Source: Hydrolagus affinis
Lineage: Eukaryota
DNA: 64,000 nucleotides
Direction of reading: 5' to 3'
Assembly (NCBI GenBank): GCA_012026655.1
Contig: JAAILG010000100.1
Coordinates: forward strand, 62,001 to 126,000
Every line of letters begins with the position of its first letter. Positions within the stretch are counted from its first letter, which is position 1. Below are positions 1-13,232 of this stretch, in pieces. A program made the translations under genes and the position numbers. Below the pieces are notes generated by a model, which saw only the letters and a program-made list of their open reading frames with translations, searched no databases and was not told the DNA's origin.

Positions 1-1033
1 TTTACGTTTTGCAGTCTACATGTTATTGAAACTGTGGCTTGTGTATTTTCAGTACTAAAGATTTTTTAGAAGGTAGGCTGCTTCCTATTTCTTCCATAAT
101 CTGCATTTTAAATAGCCTTGAATAGTAGGTACAGTATTTAGATTATAGCAGACTTGTGAATTCGGTGATTAGCTAAAGCCATCAGAACCACCCATGACTC
201 ATCCTTCCTTCCTCCCTAACCCCAGAACTGCAAAGCATTGTTCATTTGGATGTGTTGCCTCATTGATGTTGGAAGACCAGTTTCAACTTCAGTTCTGATT
301 CTGGCATGAATGCTCTGTTGCCATACCTAACTCACTGGAGAGTTTACCCAATCTACCGTGATGCAAATTGTTTCACGGATCATGTACCTTTTTTTAAAAA
401 AAAAGGCCTTAATTGCTTGTTGGACTGATGCCAACCAGAGAATGCATCATAATTTTTTTTGTTAAAAACAGGCATGGCATTTTATAACTAAGATGCAGTT
501 TATGCAGAGATGAATTATTGAAATATTGAAATAATAGAAATTGAGCCTTAGTAACGAGATCTAAAAATGGGAATGTTACTACTATTTCTGTTAAGCACTC
601 ACGCATTCCAGTTTAGAGTTTAAATTGGAGATTGCATTGCACCTCTTGAAACTCATACCGGCATTAAATGACTCTCTATCTTTTCAAAATGCACAAATCC
701 AGAAAATTTACGTTATAATTATATAAATGTGATTTACGTTATAAAACATCGGTCCTGCACATGACCTTCTTTGGGGATTGTAGTAACCTAAGTATTTAAT
801 TGGTACATGTGCTTCCCATCTAAGCAACTGTCAAGGGTGTGTGTTTTTTAAAAAAAGCTGTAGGTATACCAGAGGCAAAGTGTTGCTAAGAGCTCACTGT
901 AAAATTTATGGTGTGGTAGGCATGGGTTAGCAGAATAGAGAGAGTGCAGATAACTAGTCCATTAAAACACAAATTTTCTTGCATATTGTACTAATTTCAA
1001 ATTTGCTCATAAGGCAAAGGGTCCTAGTTGAAT

Positions 1034-1097
1034 ACAACAACAACAAAGTTATATTTTTATAGCGCCTTTCACGTCGGGAGGACGTCCCAAGGTGCTG
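1034..1097 (-). mobile_element. L2-like LINE 3' tail
   Basis: Reverse complement of cagc(a/g)ccttgggacgtcctcccgacgtgaaaggcgctata...(gtt)n. Confidence 0.8.
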
Positions 1098-4000
1098 ACA
1101 AATGATGCTTCTTCCTTGCATCCTGTTCAACCTTCAATGAACCGAAGCAAAACTATTTACAATGATGTGTTGAGTGGGTTGCAATTTATTGAGTTAGCTT
1201 ATGGAATAGTAGAGATGAAAGGAAATGACACCAAGGCTACAAATCTGGCATCAAATAGGAAATACTGGAAATAAACATTGCGTGGTTTGGGATCTGATTC
1301 AGCACCTTAGGATTTGTTGTTGTTGTTGAGAAAAATACACATGATAATGTTGTGGATTTGATCCTTTACTTCATTTGAGGAAGTGTCACTGTCGAAATGT
1401 TGACCAATTGTCCTCCTATAAAATACTTTCTAGATTGATGGCACAATTTAATATTCCATTTCAGAGCATTCTCTAAATTTGGTACCATGGGCAATAAATC
1501 TGCAAATCATATCCTGTTTTTCATAATACATGCGTTGCAAAAAAAAATGAATGAAAGGAGTAGAAAGCACTCAGAACTATTTGAGAGCTCACTGTAGCAA
1601 GTTTTCCACTTTTTGCAAAGTTGGGAGCTTAAATTTTGAGATGCTGTATTTAGAACCAAAAGAAAACTGAGTGAAACCAGAAATTGGCTATTCCAATGGC
1701 TGAAAACTGGAAAATAATTATCAACTACTCTACATCCATTAGCAGCGCATCAAATCTCGGGCCTTTATAGAAAACATGTGAAGTATTATGAGATTATTTC
1801 AAAGCGTTAAAGTGCTAAATCAATTGCAATCTGGTCAGGAATTCACTCCATTTAGTGATCCATCAAGGAACTCTGAATCCTGCTCTAAACTATTAGCCTT
1901 TTTATTATTGTAATTATATAAATGCAAGTTGTTATTAATCCTTGCTTATTTCATTTCATGTCTATTTACATCATTGAAACACGGACTGGTTATGAATTGA
2001 TGAGTGAATTTTCTCCTTTCATGAGATGTAGAAATCAATCTTCATATAAGACCATAAGCAGATTCCTATTTTGAGACCGTTTTTGCAATGTGAACAAGCA
2101 GCTAAATAATTTGTCCAGATATTTCCAACGTGCAGAAACCACACCAATCTCAAATGTTCATGCTTACGCCAGCAAATATTAAATCAGACAATCTCTATGT
2201 ATTCTTGCAAAGTTTTCCAAGTAGCCCTAGGAGCATTCTTTCTTAATGAACGTATCACTAGAAACTTTCGAATGAAAGTCTTCTGTAGAAGATGAAGACT
2301 GAGCATCTGTGCCAATTCTCTCAGTGCTCTTCCCTTGAGAATTAATTGCAGAATTCTGTACATCCAAAATGTTTTCATACATTATTTATGATTGCTTCCC
2401 AATTCTTGAAATTTCAACAAATTAGAATTAAACATTTCCTACACTACAATAACTGTGATAATAATTGTCTTCTTTATGAAACATGTATTTAAAAATGGAA
2501 AATATATTAAGTATTATGAGCTATCAGCGCCTATGCTGATAGGGATTTCCAGGCGTAGAAAGTGAGTACAAGTATTCAATCAATTTACGAATTCCAATAT
2601 GGATATACTGTAATACAATATTATACAGATAGTCTATCTTACCTTTAAGAACACGTGTTTATGTTCTTATTGTAACCTTCCTGCGAGTTAGAACCTCCAT
2701 ATGCAACATTTTGTGCTCATTAAGATGTGTGGTGGCTCAGGTATAAGACATCATATTTTCAACAGCATTTATTGTGTTAGCTGATTGAAGTTAATGTTTT
2801 CCTGCTTTTATGTAAGGGACTGTCTTGTTGGATTCATATATTGCCTAAGGCAAAGCCTTCATTGGAACAGTTTGAGTTACTTAAAAGTGACTGAGGCTCT
2901 CAAGTGTGACAGGCTGTTGGATGTTGTTCAGCCTGGAAAGATCCACAGCAAGCACAGCATTGGGTCCATCTGTGAGAAACATAGCAGTCCTCACTTTTGA
3001 TGCCAAGATCATTTTTTCCGGCTCCAAACAAGCTCACTCTAGATCTGCAAAGGATTGTACGGTGATACTGCATGGTGTGTGTGATACAATGAGGTGATAA
3101 TAATAATCCTTGAATTTGACACAAGGATGACGGTGAATTATTTAGCTCAAATATGGTCTGGCTTTTTGGTGGCACCCCAGAAAAGACTCGATGGAGGAAC
3201 TTGCGAGAGATAGACTGTTTTCCTGTTACTTGGCAACACTGTGAACTATGGTACAGTACCTTGCTTTATGGTAGAATGTGAATGATATTGATTTCCCTCA
3301 TTAAAAAAATGTGATGTCCTATTTTGCATCTCCTAGTGTGAGAAGGTTATAATTTCAGGGTGATACAATAGCAGGAGCTGAGTTATGGATGTGTGAAGAT
3401 ATTGCTGCATTAATGATGTTGATCTCTGCATACACAAATGTAACACCCTTCTCATTAACCATAAATTGTACTTCCCCAGCAAGGAGGTGGGATGAAAATA
3501 ACTAAACATTTTCAAACATAATTGGCCCTCTTTAATGTAGTTGTCTTTTTGTCATGTTTTTATTCATCTTACTGTCCATTTGAGCGTTTATGCAGGAATT
3601 TCTACATATCCTCTACCCCCTGTGATTTATAGAATTCCATAATTTCCGCCTTTTTCTGAATGCTGTACATGTGCTAAATTCTGAGACAGAGAACCTTAGA
3701 GTTCTTCTTCGTGCAGCATAAATTACTGCTCTATTTTGACGGGACAGGGTCTTTCAGTGGAACCATTACCTTGACATTGTTCATTGCATTTATTTGGCAC
3801 TCATGCGGGAACACTCCACTGCTTTGAGGAGCAGATGGTCTAAGATATTTAACCGTATCGCAAGGTGTGGCTGATCAGCAAACACACAATACTCTGTCCC
3901 TGTATCCTGAACCTTGCAGCAACCGTTCATTAGATTGCTCTGGATTTGTTGGGGACACAAATTCAGTGTTCTCAATTTTGGACATTTCCCAAAGATTGCT

Positions 4001-4974
4001 ACTGGATTTTCTTTCTGGATTTTGGTATGATTCACAACTCATGATTAGCGCAACTCAAAATGCCGTCACATAATGGCAGTGTGCCTTACAACCCTATTGA
4101 TTTATCCGCGTAATGGAAGTAAGAAGCTTGCATTGGGCTTGTGTATCAGCAAATACACTGAGGGTTGACATCTTTGAGCTTATTTCCAACTGAAATGAAA
4201 AGAAACACTGTACTACCCAATGCCACAGAAGGCATCCAGGGGTTTCCTTGCAAGAGATGCACGCACTGTTCAGCACTGATGGGGCCTAGAAGCTTGTATG
4301 AGTTTGACACCCAAAAGCCGATAGAGCTGGCAGCTGTTGAACTGATTGCATCTTAAGTGACTCAGCGGAGATTTGATACACAGACTGATTCAGTATTTCT
4401 GCAACTAACGAGACCAAAGCAGGCACGTCCTATAAATCCTCTGCTCTTAACTGTCAGTTCGTTTTGAAGGTGCACCTGAGGGCAGAACTCAAATTGAAAG
4501 AATAAAAGAAGAATTACATCTGTAGAGCCTGTTGTCCACCTTTAAAGACTAAAAAGCACTCACCGCTGCCAATGAGAGAGTGTTTTCGGACATTTTGGGC
4601 CATTAAGATGCTCATATCCTGAAGGGTTGGAGATGTGTGATAACCCACTAAAGTGCATTCAACGAGTTTAGCCGATACATGAAGTCTAGAGTGCCCTGTG
4701 ATGCAGTTGCTTTACCATGTTTTACCAAATTATAATCCGTCACCTGTCTGCATCTCAGTTGGAGCTGAATACTGATCTGAAAAATATTAACTTGGGCATT
4801 GAAGTTTAAGTTCCAGTATCTCATTGATCAAATACCGTTGTAGATTCTGGATTTTTAAAAAAATATTGCCACCTGTACTGCTTACAAAACCTTTGTAACT
4901 GTTTCGCTAAAGAATTGATAAACTACCATATTGAAACCGTAAATGGTTTAATCCTTGCACCCACACTCAGTGGG

Positions 4975-5285
4975 GTGTCTCAAAGTGCTTTGCAGGATTA
5001 TTTGTGAAATGTAGTGACTATATTTTGTGGGTGAATGCGGCGAACAATTTAAGCGCAGCAATGTACCACAAACAGCATCGAAGCTTCACCTGTGGCAGTT
5101 GAAGGTTATCATGCTGACTCTGCTTCAATCAGGCTCGGTTGAGACTTTGAACATGTATAAGCCAGGCGGACATTCCATTGCTGTGCTGGGGGGAATGCTG
5201 CATTACTGGAGATGCCAGTCTCGGGTTGAGATATTAAACCAAGAACATGCTTGCCTGTTCAGGTGGATGTTGAAAATCCATTTCA
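4975..5285. mobile_element. Old Deu-SINE fragments in opposite orientations (about 4975-5076 minus; about 5140-5285 plus)
   Basis: gcgcagcaatgtaccacaaacagc is the Deu 3' part in reverse complement. gctgcattactggagatgcc...gagatattaaaccaag...gcctgttcaggtggatg is the Deu 5' part. Confidence 0.6.
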
Positions 5286-5824
5286 AAATTTTTAAAATAA
5301 AATTAATCATTCACTTCATGACTACTGTGCGCTAACAGTATTTTATGTGATTTATAACGGGTACAATTTGCTTCTCAATTTGCAAGACTGGGCTCCACCA
5401 TCAGATAGCAGTGTGAAAAATTGTGTTTCTGAATTTAAGGTTCAAATGTGCTTCGTTCGAAAATGATATAAAATGTGAATTAGGAAACCGACCCAAATTT
5501 GTCAAGCCAATATCCGGAACTAAACTTTAGCGGCTGATAGTAGACTAACTGAATTGATATTTAATTACCACTATGGATATGTGTTTTGCTTTGATGCTAC
5601 AGAGATTGCATGTCTTCAGGCTTAATAGGCAATGAATGCGTCGGCTTTGATGGAATACATTTCAGAAAACTGAAGGGAATTTAGGTCAGCTACTGCTGGA
5701 GGAAACTGGTCGGTGCCTAACTCAAATCAATCTGGTTTTATGGAATTAACATTTGGTAGAATTTTTCATATTTCTTTTCACTGACGATGTAACAAAAAAT
5801 TTAATTTTTTATTTTCTTTACAAG

Positions 5825-5957
5825 ATGCTGGCTGGAGAAGTGGCAGTCTTTTTCCTTCAATCGGCTAGTAAAGAGTTTGGAAACCGTAAGAAGAGCATTG
5901 TTACTGGAGATTGCTGTTACATCAACCCACTGGTGCGCAGAACATTTAGGTTCCTTG
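5825..5957 (+). CDS. PLPPR5: PLPPR5 coding exon 2 (133 nt): MLAGEVAVFFLQSASKEFGNRKKSIVTGDCCYINPLVRRTFRFLG
   Basis: Acceptor ttttctttacaag| and donor |gtaaga. The peptide TGDCCYINPLVRRT.RFLG is recognisable from vertebrate PLPPR5. Its phase-1 end joins the exon at 8236. The Met here is internal; exon 1 lies upstream of the window. Confidence 0.95.
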
Positions 5958-8122
5958 GTAAGACCGCTTCTAAAAGTTGCAAAAAAAAAAAACATGCCAT
6001 TTAAAATAGCCTGTCACTTAAAAAATTCTGTTTCTGGCTTTACTTCACATGTCATTGGAATCCGCAAAAAATGTCAGACACTCACAGATTTCTAAATGTT
6101 GAATATTAGATAGGAAACTATGACTGATGAACATTGAGAAATACAACATTTTGCATCTATATTACGGCCTTCACATGGGATGTAATATCGAAGCGTTTTT
6201 ATAGCACTTTAATTAATCTGAATGTCAATCAGTTAAATCTTTCAATGTTAATTGAGAATGGATTTTCTATGGTTCTTGTGTTTAAGGATTAATTGAATGC
6301 CTCTAAAGATAATTGAAATATGCCATGTTATATTGGTCTGATATCACTGGCAGATTGTACTCTACCCAAAGTGCACACCAATTGACTGATTGACATTGGG
6401 ATGAAATGATATTTACTGTGCATTTTATTGGTATTTCAATAGGATAAACTGAAAGATAGTACAGTAATAGACTGTAGAATAGACACTGACAACAATAGCT
6501 TCTTAAAAACAAAAGCCGATGCCAGAGATCATGATCATCTTTGAGTGCTGGTGTGGCATCTGGATGGGAAAAGTAGGTTCCTTTTAGGTTAAATATCTGA
6601 TGTATTTTTAATTTGCATTTAAGCCTGAACTTATAATAATCTAAATATCAACTACTTATTTAGGTTATGGGGTTAATCACTCGCTATAGAACCTCAGCAA
6701 CGCCTTCAATTTCAGATATCTAATCAACCGTTCCATTTACCAATATAATGCTTAATGACTCTCGTATCACATAATATAGTATTTTTAATTATTTAAAATT
6801 CAGCGTGGGTTTTCAGTGTTAGGAGTCAACTATGTAGATGTTGTGGCTGGAGATTGCTCTCCCATTAAAAATCGAATGGAAACACAAAAGGGGAATACAT
6901 GTAGACTTAACAGTTTTCCCCATCCACTCGTGTTCCGTTTTATTGTTGATGAAATAAGAAATTTGCGTTGTAATAATCCATCCAGGCAGAATTTCCAAAA
7001 GCATTGGCTTAATAACCTTGGCCCGTAATGGTTTTAACATGAATAAATTAACAGCCTGAGTGAATCAGCAAACTATTGAGCAAAAGTTGCCAACATATTT
7101 CATGCTTCTCAGTAATTTACTGATGTAATATCAATAATAGTATGTCCCATTTATACAAGTTCAAAATGAAGCAATATTGCTTCCAGTACTGGAAATGAAG
7201 GAGGAAAGGCTGATTTAAGCTGTTCGTACTTTTATGTAACATCATGAAAAGTGCGGTATAAACAAAATGCTGCATCAGACTGAATCTGTGGACTTCAAGC
7301 TTTCAAGTGCAGAATCTCCTTTGCAGATTTCAAAATATGCAATGTTTTGTTGTGAATCATTTCTTTCATAAGCGGCGTATGTTAAAGTAAAGCTGGAGAT
7401 AGGTCTTGATTGACTGACGGTGTTCACGCCCCCTTTCCGACCCGTATTCCTATAATTTTCCTCCCATATGCATATGTTTCTCTGCACTGCCTTATATTAA
7501 CCCAGGAGATAACATTGAGATTGCAGGCTTCTCTGTCATTATCATCAGTAGCAGTTCACGACCATCTGGCTGTCTACTGATAAATTTGCTGGTGCTCTCA
7601 CCAGCTGGTGGAATTGCAATTAAGAGATCCACTACCTCAACATAGAGAGCTGACAAACCTGCTTTGTGTCTGATGCTAAAATGCTAACACGGTTTTGTAC
7701 AAGGGGAACATAAAAATATATTGACAATTAGAGGAATGTTTAACTTGACAGTAATTCCCTGTAACACACTTTCAGCTTATCATTGAGCACTATCAAGTGG
7801 AGGGTTTCTTTGAAACTGAAAATGGTTTGCTTTTCCAGTTTCCCCTGTTTCCTGTTTGGGTTCTGTGCTAACAAGCATTGACAACCCTCTGACATATTGC
7901 ACGAGTTGCCATTCTTTATCTGTGAGTCTAGTCCGCTGAAGTGTTTGGAATCTTTCAGCTTGTAGGCTATGCCACACGTCCTACCCTAAGAGATCAGGGG
8001 AAGCTTTGCGAATAGATTGCCTTTTACTTTGGAGAGGAGTCCTCTCGTTGAAGAGATTTCTTCAATGTAAAAATGTCTTACAGTTGTGTGATTGTCTTGA
8101 GATTTTAGGTCATTTTAGGTCA

Positions 8123-8183
8123 TTTTGGGGCGTCCTCCTGACGTGAAAGGCTCTCTATAAATATAATTTGGTTGTTGTTGTTG
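8123..8183 (+). mobile_element. L2-like LINE 3' tail, about 50 nt upstream of PLPPR5 exon 3
   Basis: ggggcgtcctcctgacgtgaaaggctctctataaat...(gtt)n. Confidence 0.78.
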
Positions 8184-8235
8184 TAGTCGTACAATTGATT
8201 TCTTACTTAAAAGTTCTATCTCTTTTCCTTCACAG

Positions 8236-8486
8236 GAGTTTATGCATTTGGACTTTTTGCCACCGATATTTTTGTAAATGCTGGACAAGTGGTGACAGGA
8301 AACCTGGCTCCACATTTTCTTGCAGTTTGTAAACCCAATTACACCGCGCTGGGATGTCAGCAGAATGCACAGTTCATCAGCAGCGAAGAAGCGTGCACCG
8401 GCAGCCTGGAACTTATCATCAAAGCCAGAAAAACGTTCCCGTCCAAAGAGGCTGCTTTAAGTGTGTATGCAGCAGTGTATCTGGCA
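8236..8486 (+). CDS. PLPPR5: PLPPR5 coding exon 3 (251 nt): VYAFGLFATDIFVNAGQVVTGNLAPHFLAVCKPNYTALGC...ARKTFPSKEAALSVYAAVYLA
   Basis: Acceptor ttttccttcacag| and donor |gtaagt. PAP2/LPP-like domain with the PRG-type motifs GNLAPHFL and FPSKEA. 133+251 is divisible by 3. Confidence 0.97.
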
Positions 8487-8540
8487 GTAAGTCCATTTCT
8501 GAATCCCATTAGGCTCCCAATAATTTTCAAGTTGCAAATT

Positions 8541-8745
8541 ACAACAGATTACATTTGTAAAGCGCTTTTCACGTCGGGAGGACAGCCCGAGGCTCCGGGC
8601 AGTCAGGGAGTTGGATCCGAGCAGGGAGTGGGTAGGAGTTGGAGGGTAAGGGGTAGGAGTTTGGCTGAATGAGCACTCGAAGAGGATTGTTTGCACGAAT
8701 GCAAGAGGTGACGGTGGGTGGGGGGTGGGGGGGAGTGGGAGAAAT
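8541..8745 (-). mobile_element. L2-like LINE 3' fragment, about 55 nt downstream of PLPPR5 exon 3
   Basis: acaacagattacatttgtaaagcgcttttcacgtcgggaggac followed by the G-rich reverse complement of the C-rich L2 3' region. Confidence 0.75.
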
Positions 8746-9260
8746 AATCTGTGGCAAATGGTTTCAGTGGTGAACAGATGGAAAGTTGTTGGGGGATATA
8801 TCAGGAATTGTTGCTAGTTTTATGGCACAATTCTGACCAGATGGGGACAATACTGTGCATGAACAGTACTTTGGGGAATATTCATTTTGATCTGCATATT
8901 CCCAAGATAATTATAAACACAGTCGTAAGTTATAACCACCAGAGAAATAGAAACACTGGTTTAGCCAGTTTAAGATGCATGGATCCAATTAGGTTTACTG
9001 TGTATTTTGCAGTACTTCAATGGCAGTTTGCCTCTGCACTGGAGTATGTAGCCCTAGACATATACTGTACTGAGACTTAGAACCATATTTATTCACGTTT
9101 TTCATTGCACAGTTTGTAGTTAAGTTTGTTAAGTTTGTAAACATCACTGGTATAGTGGTACGAAGTTTTAATCAATGCATTCTCAACATTATACTTCGGA
9201 AAATGTTTGCGAGAGATTGAATACATTCCAAGTGTATTTACTAATGTTTGTATCTTTTAG

Positions 9261-9437
9261 ATGTATATCACAAGTACTGTGAAAGCCAATGGGACAAGGC
9301 TAGCAAAGCCAGTCTTCTGTTTGGGCCTAATGTGTTTGGCATTTCTGACCGGAATAAACAGGGTCGCGGAATATCGCAATCACTGGTCAGATGTTGTAGC
9401 GGGATTCATCATAGGAACAGCCATCGGAGTATTTTTG
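9261..9437 (+). CDS. PLPPR5: PLPPR5 coding exon 4 (177 nt): MYITSTVKANGTRLAKPVFCLGLMCLAFLTGINRVAEYRNHWSDVVAGFIIGTAIGVFL
   Basis: Acceptor tatcttttag| and donor |gtaagt. Contains NRVAEYRNHWSDV (degenerate LPP C3 motif) and hydrophobic TM segments. Confidence 0.97.
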
Positions 9438-11392
9438 GTAAGTAAACTATTACACCGAGAAAAGGTGTATCACTACAGTGCAGAAGATGTAATAATCCTT
9501 CAAAAGAGGAAATACAATAGTCAAATCAATGATCAGTATTTGAAATATTCCACAATGATCATTTTCTGATTTGACTATTTCTGCTTGCCATTTACCCTGT
9601 TCAAGATCCAACAAAATACTTGAAATGAGCTCTGGATTAGTACTTATGTTTTATGCCACTTATATTAAATCCCAGCATCCCATAAGACTTCGGCTGCTTT
9701 GTGCATCTATGAACTAGCTCTAATGATTTGTACTGATTCTCAATAAGCAGATCATATGGTACTTCAGTTTATTAGTTACTCTGTGCCCCTGAGTGATAGA
9801 TTCTATCATTTTCCCGCTTTTGATGAAAATATCCACTAGTGACATTTAGATTTGTAATGCTTTGAAAATATTAATTAAAAACAAAGCTGAGATCTATGTA
9901 CAGAATAACGTATAACAATATTCAGTACTGGTGTTTCTTATCAAATGTAAATATTACAAACATTTCTTAAAATGTGCGTAAATGAAATATTATTCAAAAG
10001 GCAACACAAGTGTTTTTGCAATTTCCCCAAATGTTCAGTTACTTTCAGTGGTTACATTTATCAGCCGAGTTAAGTTTACATTTACAACAGTTAGTTTGAC
10101 GGGGAACTAGTTAAAATGTACACAACCATAAACGTTCCTAATTTAGAACATTTGTAAATAAATTCAAACGTGATATTTCTAAGTTTGATTTGAAAAATAC
10201 CAAAGCCTTCAAAGGAATAACTCAGGCACGAAAGCCAGTGTAAAAAGAAATAGGTCAGCCAAGTGTTATACAGTAGTAACTGGCAATATAGTCAATTCTT
10301 CACATCTGCACACTATACACACCAGTGGATACTGAATGCAAATGTGACAGCTCTTCAGAAACATGGGCTTTTACTCAGCAATATTGTTTTCATTCCACCC
10401 TCTCTTCATTTTGCTTTCTTGTGCTGCACTTCTGTTGGAAAAGATGAATATGTTTTGGTTCATCAGACATAAGCTAAAATGTACTACTGTTATTTGCTCC
10501 CCACCATCCATGTTTTCTATCCAGATTATATTAAGATAGCGCAACCTATAGCAAGAGTGACTATCTCCACGCCAAAACTCATAAGTAACACTGAGGACGC
10601 CTTAGGCTTCAAAAGTGCATGCGTGGCATTTCAGATGCACTTTGTACAGAAAGCATGACAGTGTTCATCTTGCAAAGCCGCGTTTGATGTAAACCGATGT
10701 TGGATCTAAACAATTTTAAAAATGCTCCGATAAGTTTGAAGCAAACAGGATCGACAGCCCGACAAATACAAAAAAAATGAGCAACGAATTGGGAGCGAAA
10801 CAATTAAAGTCATCAAAGAATTCTGTTAAAAGAATCTGACGCAGATTCAGAGCATTCTCTGGCAGCATTTCAGAGAAAAGAAAAATCGTCCCTCGCAAGG
10901 CAATCAGGTTTAAACATGAACCAAAATAGCAGGCTTATGAGGTAACTGGTTTTCAAATACATCACCAATAACTGGAACTTCAAAGTACCAATGATGGAGT
11001 TGCCAAGGAGATAACATAAAATGCATTCATTCCAGCTGAAGTAGGTGGCGAAAGAATTTCGGTTGCTCAGAATGAGTAATTCTATGACTTCTGGCTGAAT
11101 CAGGAAAGGGGAGAAGAACAACATCTGGGCCCGTTAAATTGCCGCAAAGCAGAAGGCAAATGATCTAGTATCAGATTTTCTTAACAGCTCCATGTTATCG
11201 TTCGTGTCATTGTGTTTGTTCAAGCTGTACAAAAAGATATTTATTCTCCCAAGTCATTTCTTTACTCAGAGGTAAACAGAGAAGGTTTTTCTTCTTTCTG
11301 AAAATAAGCCAGGTACAGTAGCCAACATGAAGAAGTGCCTATTATTGCCCTCTTTGTGGCTGTGAAGTGGACGTGGATACTTTATGTTGTGA

Positions 11393-11702
11393 GTGGAGTC
11401 CTGTAGCTGAGTGGTTAGAGCACTCGCCTAACAAGCGAGAGACCCGGGTTCGTTTCCCCTGCAGGGTGAAACCTTGGGCAAGTTTCCTTACTCCACACGC
11501 CTGATAATAATTCCTTAAGAAAATAATTATAAAATTGGTCACTCAATCCACCACTGTTTGTGGGACACTGCTGTTCATTATTGGCTGCCGTGTTTTGCCC
11601 ATAAATATACTGTCAATTCACTTCACAGTACATTCTGTGAAGCGCTTTGAGATGTCTAGAAGATGTGAAAAAACACTATATCAAATGCTAAAATTATTAT
11701 TG
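11393..11702 (+). mobile_element. Full-length tRNA-derived SINE (chimaera SINE2/Deu-like family), PLPPR5 intron 4
   Basis: A box tagctgagtgg, B box ggttcgtttcc, body ccttgggcaagtttccttactccac...gtttgtgggacactgctg, tail gaagcgctttgaga...tatatcaaatgc(att)n. Repeated many times in the window. Confidence 0.9.
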
Positions 11703-12620
11703 TTATATTTCAATTAGCATTCATTTACTTAGTGGTTAGAAATGCATTGCTCATTAGGCTTATCTTGAATTGATCTATTCTCCACTCCTTCTGTCACACT
11801 CCGGATGGCTGAGCTTTTAACCACTACTCCTACCCATCTTTTGTAAAACTTCTACCTTGCTTCCTCTCCTTGTCTTCACAATCTTCTGAAAAAGATTTTC
11901 AACTATACTTTTGTTCCCCGCTAAGTGTCTTTCCTCTTTGTTCAGTGCCCTCCATCATTATTTATTCAGTGCTTCAAGATGTTCATTCTACATCAAAGGC
12001 ACACTGTAAGTAAAAGTTGGAGTCCAGTTGATTTTCTGGATGTTCACCAAACATGTAATACTTTGCCTTCAATTAAGAGGCTGATAAAATGTTGGCAAAT
12101 GGCTCTTAATGATAAATTGGTGACAAGGATTAGAGAGGATGACTCAAAAATAAAAGGCGATAAGCAGGGGCAAATGGAAAGTCCATGGATTGGGTGGATG
12201 TAGTTAGTGGTATTAGGGTAACACATTAATATCAGACTTCTTTCCAAACACTTCAATTGTATTAAGAATTAAATGTGTCATTTTCTCATGGGTTGGACAG
12301 ATTGGACAGCTAAAGGATTGTTTTAAAGGCCCTAATAACTCATGTACCATATCTTTGAATTCATGGAGACTTATCAGTTATCCACATACTGTATTTTGGC
12401 ATAAAGAAAATTCATTCTAGAGAACACTTGCAGATGCCAAGATGACTGATTAACAGTCATGAATCTGTATTCTAATTTAGTTTGTATTCATGATTCTTAT
12501 AAAGCCCTGGAAATTTAGACCCCAATGTGTGCTTATAATGGGAGAGCAAATTTTCTCGCCTTAGCATTTTAGTGCCAAATTGTTTACATCCATCTAAATG
12601 TTTTACCTAATATGAGGGAA

Positions 12621-12668
12621 AGCAAACAAATAGACTTGGAGTAGAGCAAACAAATAGACTTGGAGTAG
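12621..12668. repeat. Perfect 24-bp tandem duplication
   Basis: agcaaacaaatagacttggagtag x2. Confidence 0.95.
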
Positions 12669-13232
12669 AGGAAATATTTGATAACAAGTACAGTACTAGC
12701 CTTATACTTTCTTAATTCCAGTATCCAAAGCAACAAAAAGGGATGTTTGCGCTGTCTTATTTAATCAGAAACCTTCATTTGGTACTTAATCATGACTTCA
12801 AGCTACAGCAGGACTCTGTAGGGATTGCAACATTACTTTTAATCAACAAACTGTATTGGTGAGAAGTAATGAAATCCCTATGCATTGAGATGTTCTTCTG
12901 GATATCATCTATATTGAACGTATTCATGGTTTTTGAAGTTAAGCTGTATTCTCAAAGGATCACAAAGCGAGCACCCAGAGCCTAACTGAATTGAAGTGCT
13001 TCACGTACCCAAACCTCACAGGACTGAATTTAATCTCTGCAACAAAAGACTGAGTACCCATTGATTTGCACACGGAAGAAAGTAGGCTTCCTTAATTTCT
13101 TGCTGTGTTTTGCAAAACAAAATTTATTTGTAACATGTCAGCAACTTTTAAGCGCAACGTTTCGGCCTACTGTTAACAAGAACATCAATTGCTGTTCTAT
13201 TACATGTCTTTTTTTATTTTACATGTGGAAAG

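Noticed and set aside
1298-1318. REST/RE1 site (ttcagcacc; also at about 63548)
   Set aside because: Only the left half-site matches; there is no GGACAG right half.
1-5824. PLPPR5 exon 1
   Set aside because: No matching peptide or CpG island was found; the region is interpreted as intron 1.
11395-11470. tRNA gene (Val-AAC-like anticodon arm ctcgc-ctaacaa-gcgag)
   Set aside because: No proper acceptor stem, it runs straight into the SINE body, and the anticodon differs among copies (AAC/TAC/TGC). It is a SINE head.
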